A stretch of DNA of 64,000 nt from Lama guanicoe (GCA_013239625.1 MU056254.1:2025675-2089674); one strand, 5' to 3'; shown: positions 24,481-39,891, counted from the first letter of the stretch. A program made the numbers and translations. The notes: generated by a model from the letters alone, not told the origin.

Positions 24481-27400
24481 GGCCTTCCCTCTTTCCAGGT
24501 TTTAAATTCCCGCAGATCTTGAGACACTGAGTCGCATCGTCCTCGAGGTGTCTGTTCCTCCACTTGATGTACCACAGTCCCAAGCACTCCATGGCCCCCT
24601 CCACTTCCTGAGATGCCCCTGCAGGGCACCTGTGGTTCCCTGTCCTGCTTCCGCTGGTGCTGACTTCTTCCAGCTGGGAAGTGAGGGCTGGGAAAAGGAG
24701 GAGAAGGGATGATGGGAAAACCCCCATTCCCTTTGGATTTTGTTTCTGTTTGGGCAGAGAACTTAATACAAGCAATTTGAGGAGAGGACTCAAGATTTAT
24801 ATTGTAGCAGTTTCTTTGCTAGCAGCTTAATTCACACCCTTGTCTAGTGAGCTTATAGCGATGGGCAGTCCCTCTTTCCTTTCCTTTTCCTTTCCAGTCC
24901 CTCTTTCCTTTCCCTCTGGTTTCCATGATCTCTGCCTTTCTTTCTCCTCTTCCTCTTTCTCCCTTTCCCATCAATTTCAAGATTCGGGGAAGGGATGGCA
25001 ACCATTTCAATCCTTTTTTCTCTCCATAGCCCTGTTTAGATTTCTTATTTCCTACTCTGTTTCGGGGCTACAGACCTGCAAATATATAGTGTGATCTTGC
25101 CTCACAAATAGGGACCAATAATAGAGCAAGCTCAAGGTCACGAACGTACAGGAGGGCTGCTATCTGGGGAATTAAGCTTCTGTAACATAGTGTTTAATAC
25201 TTATCTTCTCTGGGCAGACAAAAAGCTAATAGAGGCTCGGACTGAATGGGAATGTGGGATATAAAATATAAGAACTAGGTGCGCGATCCCCTTCGTGTGC
25301 ATCCTTGTCCTTCATGGGCGAGGGCTTCACTCCTTGCTGCCCACCTGGGTAAAGTGGGCGGGGCGTGAAGGCAGGTTACCCAGAAGCCTCTCCCCTGCCT
25401 CTCCTCTTGTCCACTCTGGGGTCCTCGGCTTCTTGGCCTCCTCTGCCACTGCTTTGGCTTATTCTTACCAGGACTCCACCCCTTTCCTTCATCACATTTT
25501 CCCCCCTGGCTGGGGCTCCGTCGCCTCTGGCAACAGGGCAGCCAACTAAGCTGATAAGCAGAACTGATGACATCATAGTAGGTGCTTATGAGTTAAAGGG
25601 CCATGCTTCCTGGCTGCCTAGCTCAGAGAAAGCGGGTGGGGCTGACATCATGAGAGCTGGGGGCTGTGGGGTGGGAGGGGCAGGTGGGCACGAGGTCCCT
25701 GGGACACCACTTGAGGCCGCCCGCTCCGTGGGGGCAGGGCCAGCTGTGTGTGTGGGCGAAATAAACAGCTGTGGGAAAAGGACAGGAATGCCCCGTGTCC
25801 GCACAAGAACGTCAGCAGCAGCCTTGGAGGTGTTCTTGGCGGTTTCAGAGAGACGGAGGATCTCCAGACACTGCGGTCTCTCTGTTTGAAACCGTCCTCT
25901 CCTCTGGACAGGACAGGAGTTAAATCTCCTGTGACACGTCTACTGTATTTGTACATTTAGAAATCAATTAGTGTAATTGGGGCAATCAGAGACGCTAAAC
26001 AGAGGAATAATTTACTGAGAACAAATGTCTGGAATTGTCTGTTTTGCCAATGGAATTTCTCACAGTTGGTACAAGAAAATGCTCCAAATTAAATCATTCA
26101 GGCTGAATGTGACTTTTTTTTTTTCATCTGCTTCTTAAAAATGTTAAAAGGAACACAGGCTGGCTGAGCTCTCTTCCCTGTCCTCATCAGACAGATTGTT
26201 TTCAGAAGATTCCTCTAAATTGACATTTTACCTGAGGAAAAAAAAAAGAGCAAAGGCAGATTAAAAAACTCTGGGTGTGTGTGCTTGGCATGAAATTTTT
26301 GCCAAAAAGATCCCAAACTGGTTTGTCTGCAGCGTTAAGACCATGTAGGGTGAGATCAGATGGGGCCAGGCAGCCTCAGAGGCTCTGTGTGGGGAGTATC
26401 CAGGGTAGGAAAAGCTTCGAAGAACATTGCTCCCATCCTAACAGTGGGAAAAGCCTGGATAATCGACAAAATTACAGTTTTTCCCTGAGCCCATCAGAAG
26501 GAGTTAACTGAATTCCAGAAAGGGACGAGCTCCCCAAGGAAAGGGCTACTGCTTCAGCTTTGGCAGATTCAGGAGAGAGAAGCAGCCACCGGCCAGGCCT
26601 AAAATCTTAACAGATGAAGGTTGGTGTGGCTACAGTGTGTCTGGAACCTCTTCCACCTGGTGCTTATGAGAAATAAAAGGGTAAATCAGGAGGCTAGAGA
26701 GCGTCCCCGCGCAGCCCGGAGAGCAGGTGGCGCCCACGACTGTAGTGGCAGGCAAAGCATTCCCTCACCGTGAAGCAAAAAACAGACCCTCTCTTCTTCA
26801 AGCCACAGGCCAAATCCATTCTCCCTGGGAGGGGTCAAGACACTCTGCTCTCCCCCGGGGGACAGTAGGAAACCTTCCAGCCCAGGACTCAGGCAGAGAC
26901 CCGCAGGAGAGGGAGAGGCACCACACCCATACTCCTGGGGTGGGCAGGAAATTGCCTTGGGCCAATAACTGTCTTATATCAATAAAATGCAGAGGTCTGC
27001 TTCCTCTGAGGGAAGAGCAAGGGACTCCCGCCTGAGACCAACTTAAAGAGACAAAGTAGGTTTTGCTGCTACAGAGAAGAGGGGAAAGGAATGCTGGGGG
27101 GAAAAATTCCCACCTTTAAGTCCAGGAGCATAGCCTGTGTAGGACGGAAGCTGGGCCAGGACAGGAAAGAACCTCTGTGCTCCTAACTTGTGACAAGGAA
27201 GAGCATACAACTGCTGGGAGAGGGGTGAGAGCTTGGAAGAAGACCCCAGTCGAGCCACAGGCATGCAGGGATGGCTGGAAGCTGAGGGGGAGATCAGGAA
27301 CACAGAACAACCCTCCAGCACCCCAGCCCCTCCTCTGAGCTCAAGGTGACAGCAGCCTACCTCTAGAATAATTTGAAGGCCGTGGTCCACTGATGGTAAC

Positions 27401-27499
27401 AACAAAACCCAGACCAGGTTACCTTCTGACCAGACTGACTTAGCTTCTCCCATCCTCATGCCAACAGCTTCATAGAAGAAGAGGCACATCCATTTCCAG

Positions 27500-28040
27500 G
27501 CACAAATGCTATTTACTTCAGTCTCTGCTGCTCTTCAACAGATAATGTCTGATATTCAGTTAAAAATGACAATACACACACATGAAAGTAAGAAAAAACA
27601 AAGCATTGTCAATAGACAAAGCAATCAACAGAACCAGACTCAGAGATGACCTGGATGTCAGAACTATCAGATGGATTTGAAAATAACTATGATTAATATG
27701 TTCAGGGATCTAGTAGGAAAAATGGACAACATTCTTGAATGGATGGGGAATTTCAGCCAAAAGGTGGAAACTGTGAGAAAGAGTCCAATGAAATGCAAAG
27801 GGAAAAAAAAAACTTTATTGGTGATGAGGAATTTCTTCCACAGACAACAGCAGACTGGACACAGCTGGGAAAGAATCAAAGAACTTGAAGATAAGTCCAT
27901 AGAAATGATCAAAAGTGAAATGAGAGAGAAAAAAGAGTAGCAAAACAAAACAACAAAAAAAAACACAACAGAACAGAGCAGCCCTGGGACAGTATCAGCT
28001 AGTCTAACATGCGTGTAATTGGAGACCCAGAAGGAGACAT
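27500..28040 (+). mobile_element. Old L1 ORF1-region fragment
   Basis: ORF 27671..27940 MDLKITMINMFRDL...ERIKELEDKSIEMIKSE resembles the coiled-coil of ancient L1 ORF1. Confidence 0.75.
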
Positions 28041-28055
28041 CTTTAGGAAGAATCT

Positions 28056-28172
28056 GGGGGAGGGTATAGCTCAGTGGTAGAGTGCATGTTTAGCATGCAC
28101 GAGGTCCTGGGTTCAAGGCCCAGTACCTCCATTTAAATAAATAAACCTAATTACCACCCCGACCCCCCAAAA
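28056..28172 (+). mobile_element. Vic-1-type tRNA-derived SINE (camelid), near full length
   Basis: gggggagggtatagctcagtggtagagtgcatgtttagcatgcacgaggtcctgggttcaaggcccagtacctcc-atttaaataaataaacctaattacc-C-tract-A tail. Flanks gaagaatct / gaggaatct. Confidence 0.9.
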
Positions 28173-29559
28173 GGATGAGGAATCTGGCAAGCTGATGTTT
28201 TCCTAAGAAAGACATATGGTTTAAAAATGGCCACAAGTAGCTCTTGCTTTTGCTACCTGGCTTTAAGTTAGTGGAAACATTTACTCTAATATTCCTCCAC
28301 GTCCTTCTAGTTTATCTTCTACACCCAGTTCTCTGGGGGAAGAAATCTGTGATTTCTCCCCATAATGCCCCTCAGCAGTCTGTCTGCCATTCAGCATGGA
28401 GAGGGATGGCTGTGAAGTTAGCTGGATGGCCGAAAAGAGGCAAGGGAGATTCAACAGCCTGCCATTTACTCTCAGCAAACAACTTAAATTTGATCTCACT
28501 CAAATAAAACACATGGATCGTGGTTATAAAGAGGAGATAGATTACAGTTCACCTCTGGCCATCGACATAGCTAAGAACAAGTGGCTCACAGAATCGGTAC
28601 CCCTCCCGCTTCAGATTTGCACAATAACAAATCTGCTTAAAGAAAAAGAAAGTACTAAATACAATATTGATCCATGAACCACTTCTGAAATACCAGAAGT
28701 GGTCTCCTATATAGACTAGTTCTGCTCCTCGTGCGGCAGTCGTCCAAGCCCCGTAGTGCACTTGAGCAGTAAACTCGTTTTCAGGCATTCGGCGACTTCA
28801 GCTGCTGGAGGTAACCAGCCGTCCACCTGCTGCGGCCAATTACTGGAGAAAACTTGCTGCAGTGGGTCTGGATCTTTGTTCCTTGAATTCAGATGCTTCA
28901 GGGAAGGAAGAAGAGTGCACTTGATGAGAATGGCTGGGAGCCTCATTTCTAAAATTTTAGCTCATGGGTTTAGAATTTAAACTCAGACATGTTTAAACTC
29001 ACGTTGCCATTGGTCATGGACTTGCACCCCAGCTGTGTGCGGGCTGCCTGGGAGAGGCCTCCATGAAGCTTTCCTGATCCCCCTGGACCAAGCAAGCAGC
29101 TCCTTTCTCTTCTGTGCTGATTCTAGTTCTGTATGTGCCATTTGAGGCGTTTTTCACATGCTTTTGCATTTATTTTTCTGCGAAACAAATTTTCTCTCCT
29201 AAATTGAGTTCTTCAAGGGTCAGGGTTTGTGTTTTATTGTCCCTAGCATGGTGCCTGGCACAGAATAGGTTCTCAATAAATGTTTGCTGAAACAGATTAA
29301 GCACATGCTTGGTGTGGTTGGAACAAGAGTTTGCGATCACCCCACTCCCGTGTCACTCTGCTCTGCACCAGATTCCTGCGCCTTCTCGTACACCTGTTGT
29401 AGCTGTGCCACGTGGGGCTTTTTCTGTGGCATCACAGCAATGGGCTTGGAAGTAACTTAGGGTGACTGTGGTGGCAACGAGTGAATTAAAAATAAAGTGA
29501 GAAAAATGAAAAGTTGTAAAGAAGAAAGAGCTCACGGAACTAGGATCTGGGATAAAAGC

Positions 29560-29798
29560 AGAATAAAATTGAGAGTTTGATATTTACAAATGTTAGGCAC
29601 TATACATAAAAATAGATTTTTTAAAAGTTTCTTTTGTATAGCACAGGGAACTATGCTCAATGTCCTGTAATAACCTTTAACGGAAAAAATATGTATGTAC
29701 AGGCAAAAATGGGACATTGTGCTGTGCATTCAGTTTCTACTGGTACCCACGTAGAAATCGACACATTGTAATTGACTGTACTTCAGTTTAAAAAAAAA
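29560..29798 (+). mobile_element. 5'-truncated L1 3' end carrying a short non-L1 insert
   Basis: gtatagcacagggaactatgctcaa...gggacattgtgctgt...agaaatcgacacattgtaattgactgtacttca plus A9. Confidence 0.85.
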
Positions 29799-32014
29799 CT
29801 TGTCAGAGACACAGATTTATTCAGCGGATCCCTTTATGCCAAAGAGCGTCGCCTTCTGCCAGGAAGGAGCATGTGACACAGAAACGGAAGAAGAGGGGCT
29901 TTCTAGGGACCAGGGCAGTGAGTAAAATCCTGGAGACCAACTACAGCGGTCTCAACCCACGTGGGTGCTTATTGTGACCTAGGGTTTCCTCTGTGCTGCC
30001 TGATAATCAAAAAAGGGGAACTGTGCTTTCATCGTCTGATAAAAAGAAACGTACTAGTTCCTCAGGTTAAAAAAAAACCCGAAACCTTTTCTTCCTGGGA
30101 AATCCAGGTTGGTTCTATATGTGGCTGTACCCTAGAAAGGCAGCGTGGCCTGAGCGAATCGTTTGACTTCTCTGGGCTTCGGTTTCCTCAGCATTCAGGG
30201 CTCTCTGATATCCCTCTGGACTCCAGCATTCTCTGGGCAGGTGGTGTGTCTGGAATCCCTCTGGACTGAGATCCTGGCTCTGGCTCCAAAGAGCTGGAAC
30301 AGCCACCCTGGGGCATTTGCAGCAAACAATAGTATGTTTTGTTAGTCAACTTGCCACTTCCCCAGCTTTGAGATTTTCAGGACTCATGAAGGCTCCTGGA
30401 GCATGACTGGTACCCACGTAGGCACCGAGACCTCAGCAGTCAGCACCATGCACAATCCAGCAGCCACAGCTGAGTCCCCTGCGGTGAGCAGACAGCCACA
30501 CGCGCCACCCTGGATTCCCCTGTAGTCACAGGATGCCGGCGCTCAGCGCCCAGAACCTTCCAGACAAGTCGACTGCTGGGTGTGAAGAGAGAATTTGCAG
30601 ATCCCAGTGCTGGGAACTCCCTCGTAGACCCGCCCCCGGGGTGGTGTTAGGACACAGACCTCTGGGGATCGTTCTTCTGACACATTGCTTTTCTGTGACT
30701 TTGTGTTTTGCAGCCTGATTTGAGGGGAGCTGGTTTATTTCAGCCCCCTGCTCTTCCCTCTCCCCCAGATCCCCGCTGTAACAGGCTGCTGTCTTGCCGT
30801 CTTGCCACTTTCTCCCTTTTTGGTATCAAAACTGGCTAAGACCTAGCCTTTATCTGATAAACTCATCATACTGTGATGTGGATAATTCACACCGCTTTGG
30901 AGCCTACATTTCATGGTGTTCAGAATCTGCAAGAGGAGGAAATCTAATGGAGATTTTCAGGCATTTGCATAGGGTTATGTTGCAATAGGCTCCCCCATCA
31001 CCCGCCTCCCACCCCCTCCACACACACACCCTGGCCAGGCTGGCTGTCCTGATGGACAAAGATGTGGCCAATTGCACTCTGTGTTTGGAGTGCAGGGCGG
31101 GTCTGATCGAAACAAGAATTCGGTACATATCCCTTTAAGCCTACTCTTGGCTGCTCTCTGATACCCAAGGTGCCTGGTACCCACATTCGCCCCTTCCAAG
31201 GCCCCCACACCTCGCATTCTCCCATCAAGAGGCACCATCCTGTGTTGCTTTCATCAAGTAATTACTTTTTACTTTCTTCTGCTGGTTTTAGCAAAGCAGT
31301 AAGACTAATCCGTTAATGGGTCAATGCGCTACCACTCCCAGGTAGAAACTTTGTGTTTTAATTGGAATCTCCTGAAAATGATGGCCTGCTACAGAGGGAG
31401 ATTTCAAGACCCCATGGTGGGGCTGCAGAGATATTTGGGGATGGATGAGCCGGAGACCTCTTCCATTCACCCCATCAGGGGTCAAGCTCCTCCATCTTGG
31501 TGGTGAGGGTCTTTCTAATCAGCCAAAGCCCGCAGTGGCCCTGGGGCACCCCTTGAAAGGGGACATGCTAGAACAGAGTTGACCAGCAGAGGCAACAGGA
31601 GGGAGGAGCAGGGGAAGAGGGGAGACTTGCTTCGGGGGAAGGAGGAGGGAATGGAGATGACCGACTGATGAAAATCATCCTTTGTGTGGAGCCAAGATCC
31701 ACTCCTCTGTTGGAACTGAAAGTGAGCAGCCCTCTTGAAAGTTGCCTTTTGCCAGGAAGTTCCAAGACATCTAAGTACAAGGGTCAGAGGGCCAGGCAGC
31801 ATGGGCGGCACAAGTGAGACTTGCCCTGGCTGCTTTATGGAGAGCTCAGTAGGGGCTCCACCAGGCACGGCTGGAACAGGAACCCGTTAGTGAGAGTTCT
31901 GCTTTTATGGACTGGTGACTGGGAGTGGGAAATGTTCGCTTGGTCTTCTTTTCCCTGAAGTTTAGCTGTTAGACACGCTTTGGTCACATTTGAAATACCA
32001 AAGTGTCATGGGGT

Positions 32015-32412
32015 ATTTTATTCTATTTCATTGAAGTATAGTTGATTTACAACATTATGTTTGTTTCACGTGTGCAGCAAAGTGATTCAAAGATATATAC
32101 ACGTTTATATTTTTTTCAGATTCTTTTCCGTTATTATAAGATATTGAATACAGTCCCTGTGCGCTACAGTAAATCCTTGTTGTTCATCTGTCCTGTATGT
32201 AGTAGTGTGTGTCTGTTAATCCCATACTCCTAATTTATCCCTCCCCACCCCCTTCCCCTTCGGTAACCATAAGTTTGTTTTCACGTCTGCGAGTCTGTTT
32301 CTATTTCGTAAATCAATTCATTGGTATTACTTTTTTTAGACCCCACATGTAAGTGATATCATATGATACTTGTTTTTCTCTGACTTACTAAATTTGATAT
32401 GCCCTAGGTCCA
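32015..32412 (-). mobile_element. 5'-truncated L1 3' end, antisense
   Basis: ttgaagtatagttgatttacaac...ggtaaccataagtttgtt...ccacatgtaagtgatatcata. Confidence 0.9.
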
Positions 32413-32659
32413 AGGGATGATTTTAACACTGGCTCTTCTGTTGAGGAAATTTTACTGCTGGGTAGTTGGTGGTATTTAGTTCAAAATGTATTATTTTACT
32501 AAAAATACATCTATCTCTGCAAATGTTTAGGATGCACTGGAGTTGCATTTTAAAATTTTAAGAAACTGATTTGCTTTTTGTCAGTCGCTGCTGTGGAAAT
32601 TAACCAGGGGGTGGAAGCTACACCATTTCAACTAAGTGGTGGCTGAAGGCGGGATCTGA

Positions 32660-33268
<609 letters not shown>

Positions 33269-36200
33269 TAGACTGTAAATCTGGAACGAAAACTCTTTTC
33301 CTGGTGGCTTCGTGCCTTCCCAGCCTAAGCACACTGCAGGTCCGTGCCTTGGGTCCAAATCCCAGCGGAGATGCTTCCTGCTCTGGGACCTTAAGCAGGT
33401 TTCTAGCCAGGGAGAAGCCTCCGCTGACTCTTCCTCAAAATGGGGATTATAATAGTCAGTGGCAGGATTCATGTGGAAATTAAACGTGGGCGTGTATATA
33501 AAATGCCTATAAAGGAAGAAATCGATGAATAATGGTGACTTTGTCCTACCAAGGGCTCTGGAAGGGTCCAGATCTCTCTCGTGTATCCTTTCCCTGCAGG
33601 TCTTCCTTGTTTGCCCTGAACCCACTTCCTCTCCTCCCTGGTTCCCTTGCACAGGGTCCTCTCTCACTCCAGGTGGAGGCTGACTGATGGTACACATCTC
33701 ACAGCGGGACTTCCTCCCCACAGCAATAGATTATAAACACCAGTGACTTAAGTCCAGAATCTGCAGTCACGAAACTGATGGCATCTGCATGTTGCAAAAT
33801 CAGTTTCCTTTCTTATGCGTCTGATTTGTTTATTAAGCACCATGCAGCTGCATTTAAAAACAAACCAAACTGAAGCCCCAAATCACCTCTGCTTACTACG
33901 AGCACAGTTTCCTCTTCCCTCCCTGCCTTTATCACGTCCTGTGGTTTTCTTCCTGGGCTGGTCCCCACCCCACACACACACCAGCTTCTTATTTTCCGCT
34001 TACTGTTGACGCAACGTGGTCTCAGGCACAGCCTCGACCTCAGTTCCATGCAGCAAAAAAATTTTTTTTTTTTGCCTCCTTGCAAGCAGAGAACCAGAAG
34101 AACAAGGTGTAGAGAAGAGATGTAATTTATGGTTGTGAAGTGAACTCCCCAAATATTATGAGGTTAGAATCATCTCTGGAGGTAATATTCTGTAATTTAC
34201 ATGCCATTTACCGAAGGTGGGAAGAGCTCACAGGTGAAGTGACAGATTCCTAGAGAAGGTTCTGAACATGCGCAGGGCGTTTTTTTTTTCTAACCCCACC
34301 ACAAATACCGGTTGTCTCCACCGTGCTTCTTCTGAGAATGCGGTTATTTCTCTTCCGATGCTCTTGCCTACCTGGCCGCAGGCATGGTGCCACCTGACGG
34401 GCCGTGGGGGCCAGAGCGGCCGTCCACCCCCCAGTCCCCTGGCATCCTCCCAAGAGCTGCAGAAACACGACGCTTCAGCACTTTTACTCGCTCTGAATTT
34501 CCCCCTTTGATTGTTGTCTTGTAAGTGAACACTTGGCGTGTCTTTGTGATTTACAGGCAATTTTATAAGCCAGCGTGGTTTCTGAGCGCCGTACAGAGGG
34601 AGGGGAAAAAAAGGATGAAACTGAAAACGTGGGCCAAGCAAGAGTCACAACAGATTGGGGAGCTGTGATGGGTCTCCCACAAGCAGGAGCGAGATTAAAA
34701 AAAGAGAAGAAGAAAAAGCCAAAACCAATATAGATTCCAAAACTGTGCAGAGAAATGTGAAAAGCGTGAGACAAATGTATTCTCTCTCTAGCCTCCCCCA
34801 CCCGCCACCCTCGGAGGCCAGCTCAGCATCCAAGCCAGTGGAGAACAGAGCAGCGTTTCCCACCCTCTCCCATCCCCCCCACAAACTCAGCACCCACTGC
34901 AGCCCCCTCCCTCCCGTGAGCTCTGGGACTCCCTGGAAATGAAGAAACTGGGTCTTTGTGAATCCAAATATAGCTAAGTAATTCTTCCTACTTCTTTGAG
35001 GCCATGTTCCTTCATGCTGAGAGAGAGGCAGGGAAGACAGAGGCTCATGGCCCACCTCTCTGGCAGTCCCGCCCCCAGGCCAGGGGTGTCCTTCCCGAGC
35101 CCTGCAGCAGGTGTATGTGTGTGTGGACAGGGGACCTTCCCTCGCTTGTGGTGCCCTTGGCCCAGATCCCTAGGACGTCACGGGCCGACACCCCCAGCCC
35201 TCCCTGGCCAGCTTCCCACCCCCACGTGGGTTTATGGGGTGAGCTGCTGTAGTGGGATTTCAGGCAGGAAGGGGCACATGGAAGGAAACATGTGACATCA
35301 CCTCTCGAGCTGGCCCAGTACCTGACACATACGCACTCAGCTCAGCGTGTGATGAAGGGATGGATGGTCCCAGCCCGCCTCCTTCTAGGTGGGGAGACAT
35401 GCAGGTCTGGGCCCTGATTCCTAGAGGAGGTTCTGGTGCCAGCAGCCCTGTTCCTTTTGGTACAGCGAGTGAGTTGGGCCCGGGTGCCAAGACCTCTAAG
35501 TATAGGTTCTTCGGTCTTCTAAGAAGAATGATTAATTAACATCTATATTCTCATTTCTGGTACTGATTCTCTGATGATATTTGAGAAGGAAATCTTTTGT
35601 TTATCAAATGGGACTTAAGGAAAGGTTAGGAAGACAAGGCCAGGAGGCAACGAGAGGACACTCCGGCCTGAATCTGGTCACGCTTTAACAAAGACTGAGC
35701 CCTGGGGCGCTGGGGCGGCGATGGCGGGGCGGGGTGCCGGGTGGCTCCAGAGCTTGGACCCAGGCTTGTGATGTGCAGACCCCCCCGGGGAAGGCACTTT
35801 GCCCCGGGTGACAGACATCCCAGCACATGGACTGGATTTGAGGTCCCTGCTTGTCAGGCCTTGAGGGCCCTGAGATGGGTTAGCAAGTGTCCATGCAGTT
35901 TAGTTAAAAACTCTATGCCATCTGAATTAGAAAAAAAAAAAAAAAAAAAGTGATTTGAGATCCCTGCCTGTGAAGGAGCAGAGGAGCAGACGGGTCCAGC
36001 TGTGGCTCCTATTTGATCGACGTTGTCAAGTGGGCCGGTCCTGCCTGCCCCTCCCGGAGCAGGGGTGCCCGTGGGGTCACGTGGGCGGGGGGACGACCCC
36101 CCGGAGGCAGGAAGGAGCCTGCTGGAGCTGAGCTGGTCCCGCGAGTGCTGCGAAACACCAGGACGGACCCGGACCAGGACCGCTGCACCTTCCCCCACCT

Positions 36201-36748
36201 TCTCAGAGCCTGCCTGGCTTCCCAGTCTGTTACCAGTTCCCAGCTTTAAAAAAACTTACTTCAGAACCACCGTGAACCTCATTTTCTTCTCGTGTTTATT
36301 CCCTCTGGCTTTCCTCTCCTCTCTTAATGAGTGAACTCTGACTCTATTTTACTTATTAATATTCCTTCTTTGTATTTTTTCCCTTGCCAGATGTTATTCT
36401 GTTTCTTCCCCCACCTCCACTTCCCCTCATATTTTTCTTCTCTTCCCGACATCCATTATATGGTTGGTTTTATTACCCACTTCAGCTCCTGCACGATTTC
36501 TACCTCCCTCTTCTGTCTGATGCTTGACCACCCCTCCCCATCCCCCGCTGTCCCCTGTGGTCCAGCCTTTCGTCAGTGAGTGTTACCATAATGGCACAAG
36601 GATGCTGTGCCTCCTTTTCCCAGGAGCTTGGGGCCTCCCGGAGGCTCTGCACCGTCCTGCAGACCTAAAGGCTGGACATCCAGGAAGCCGACTTGCCTGG
36701 CAGACCTTCAGCACGTGTCCCGAGGAAAACCGACTGCCTGTCCACTGA

Positions 36749-37273
<525 letters not shown>

Positions 37274-37605
37274 TAATATGTTTGGTTGTGTCTCCTGTGT
37301 GTGTCGGGGGGCTGTGCCGAATGCGGGGGGTTGATGATGAAGCGGGTGGAAATAGTGCAAGGTGTGTCTGTGCAGACCATACTGGGAGGGGCAGAGCAGA
37401 CTAACATGGATGGGTGCATTGCCTCCACCTGGTGGCTTTTTGCAATAACCCTGCTGCCCTTGCAAAGTGTCAGTAGGTTTTTACAGCTGGAGGTACAGGT
37501 GGGGGTGTGGCCCCAAGGACAGGGTGGACACAGGATGAAGGGGGAGCTGTCCTCGAGTTCAGAGGGGTTTGCACGGGTTCTAGCATCTCTCCCTGACATG
37601 CGTGA

Positions 37606-37779
<174 letters not shown>

Positions 37780-38652
37780 TAGGACACGGTCGTGGGGGCG
37801 TGCGTCCTGGGACATGGCTTGAGATGCATCCTCTGTCGTGATCCGTGTCCTGGGTGCCGTCAGACCCCCACGGGGTGGGGGGCAAAGAGACAAGGTCACG
37901 GCCCAGGGACCCCTAGACACATGCGTGAGGAATGCCAGCAGGGGCCGCGCGACATCCCCGCTGCGACCAGCACTGAAGTCCGGGCAGGGGTGGGGGGCGT
38001 GTGTGTGTGTGCGCGTGCGCACATCTGTATGGGGGACCTCACAGATGCCTTGGACCTTAATGAGAAAGGCTCTTGCCATGAACCCCTGTTCACCCTTGGA
38101 CAAGTCACTTGATCCTGAGTTTTGTCATTGGTGAAATGATGACACTGGACTGGTCAGAGCCAAGATGTCTCCTGAGTCTTAACATCCTGAGACCCAATGA
38201 TTAGATGACTCTGTTGTCAATTGCTTCACCAGTTCACGGGTCCTGTGCCCCTCAGTATGCACCGAGGACATTTAGTAGCTCACGAGTGAAACCTCAGTGC
38301 CTGGCGTGGCTGCTAGCATTTGGTGGGTGTTCAGTAATATTTGTGGAATGAGTAAAGGAATGAATGTCAGCCGTCAGTTCACGGCACTGCCCTGGCACCA
38401 GGTGATGGCGGGGGAGGGTAGGCAGAGAGACAGGGAGTAAAAAGCTCTCGTAGACCTGAGATTAGGGGCAAGTCATAAAGGAAAGTTAAATAAATACTGA
38501 AAGAAAATTACTGTAAGCTCTGTGAGATGGCAGAGAAAGAAAGGATGCCAAGAAAGGAGGTGGCACCTAAGCTGAGCCTGCGGGATGAAGGGGACCTTGA
38601 ATCGGAGGGAGGTCATTTCGGGCGGAGGGCCTGGTGCGAGCAAGAGCCCTGA

Positions 38653-39081
<429 letters not shown>

Positions 39082-39891
39082 TAAGTCCCCGGTGAACAGG
39101 CGTGGAGCAGGAAGGTGCCCCTTGCTCCTGTCATCCAGAAAGGTGTCCGGGCAGGGTGGGAGGGGTCTCTGGCCAGAATGGGATTTGGAATCCCCTGGGG
39201 TGGTCTTCTAGAATTTCATTCCATCTCTTCCCCCAGCCGCCCCCCTGGTGGAGGGAGGGAGGGAGGGAGGGAGCTGTCCCCATGTGTAGATGGGCCCTCT
39301 GTCTGAGCACTCTGCCAGTCCACCACCTGTAAATTTAGACCATTAATGTCCTCTCTTATACTGGGAGAGGATTTGCAGTGAGTCAGTCACACGGTCCCCC
39401 AACCCGTGGTCATGGGGTTTTGTCTGGAAAACTGCTGACTGGATTAGGTGTGGCGGGAGGTTAGGAACAGAGTGATGACAAGGGACCCTCCAAGGGGTCA
39501 CAGGGCTGCCTTGGCCACCTGGCTGAGTCATTGTACCCCTTTAGGGACTGAAACAGTCCCGAGAATTAAGGTCATGGACCCCATAACAACACTCACTCTT
39601 TACTTAAAATCTCTTCCCAAGTAACCATGCAGAAGATTGGGCCCTCCCTGCGGCATCTGAGGTGACTCTAGTCCAGGGTTTGTCCTTGTGAACCGCAGAC
39701 AGACTGGGCGTCCCCCAGAGTTAGCCCCTTGCTTGGGTATAACTTGCCACCGGCTGTCCCCTCAGTCCAAATCTGCCTTACGTGTGGGGTCCTCTGGCCC
39801 TGCCGGCTTCTTCAGAGTCCCTGGGCTGATTCAGAGGTAGAAATGACGGTACATGGCATGTGACACGTTGTCCCCCTCTGTTGTGCCCCAG

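Noticed and set aside
28056-28130. tRNA-like sequence
   Set aside because: Head of a tRNA-derived SINE with an AT-rich tail and TSD, not a functional tRNA gene.
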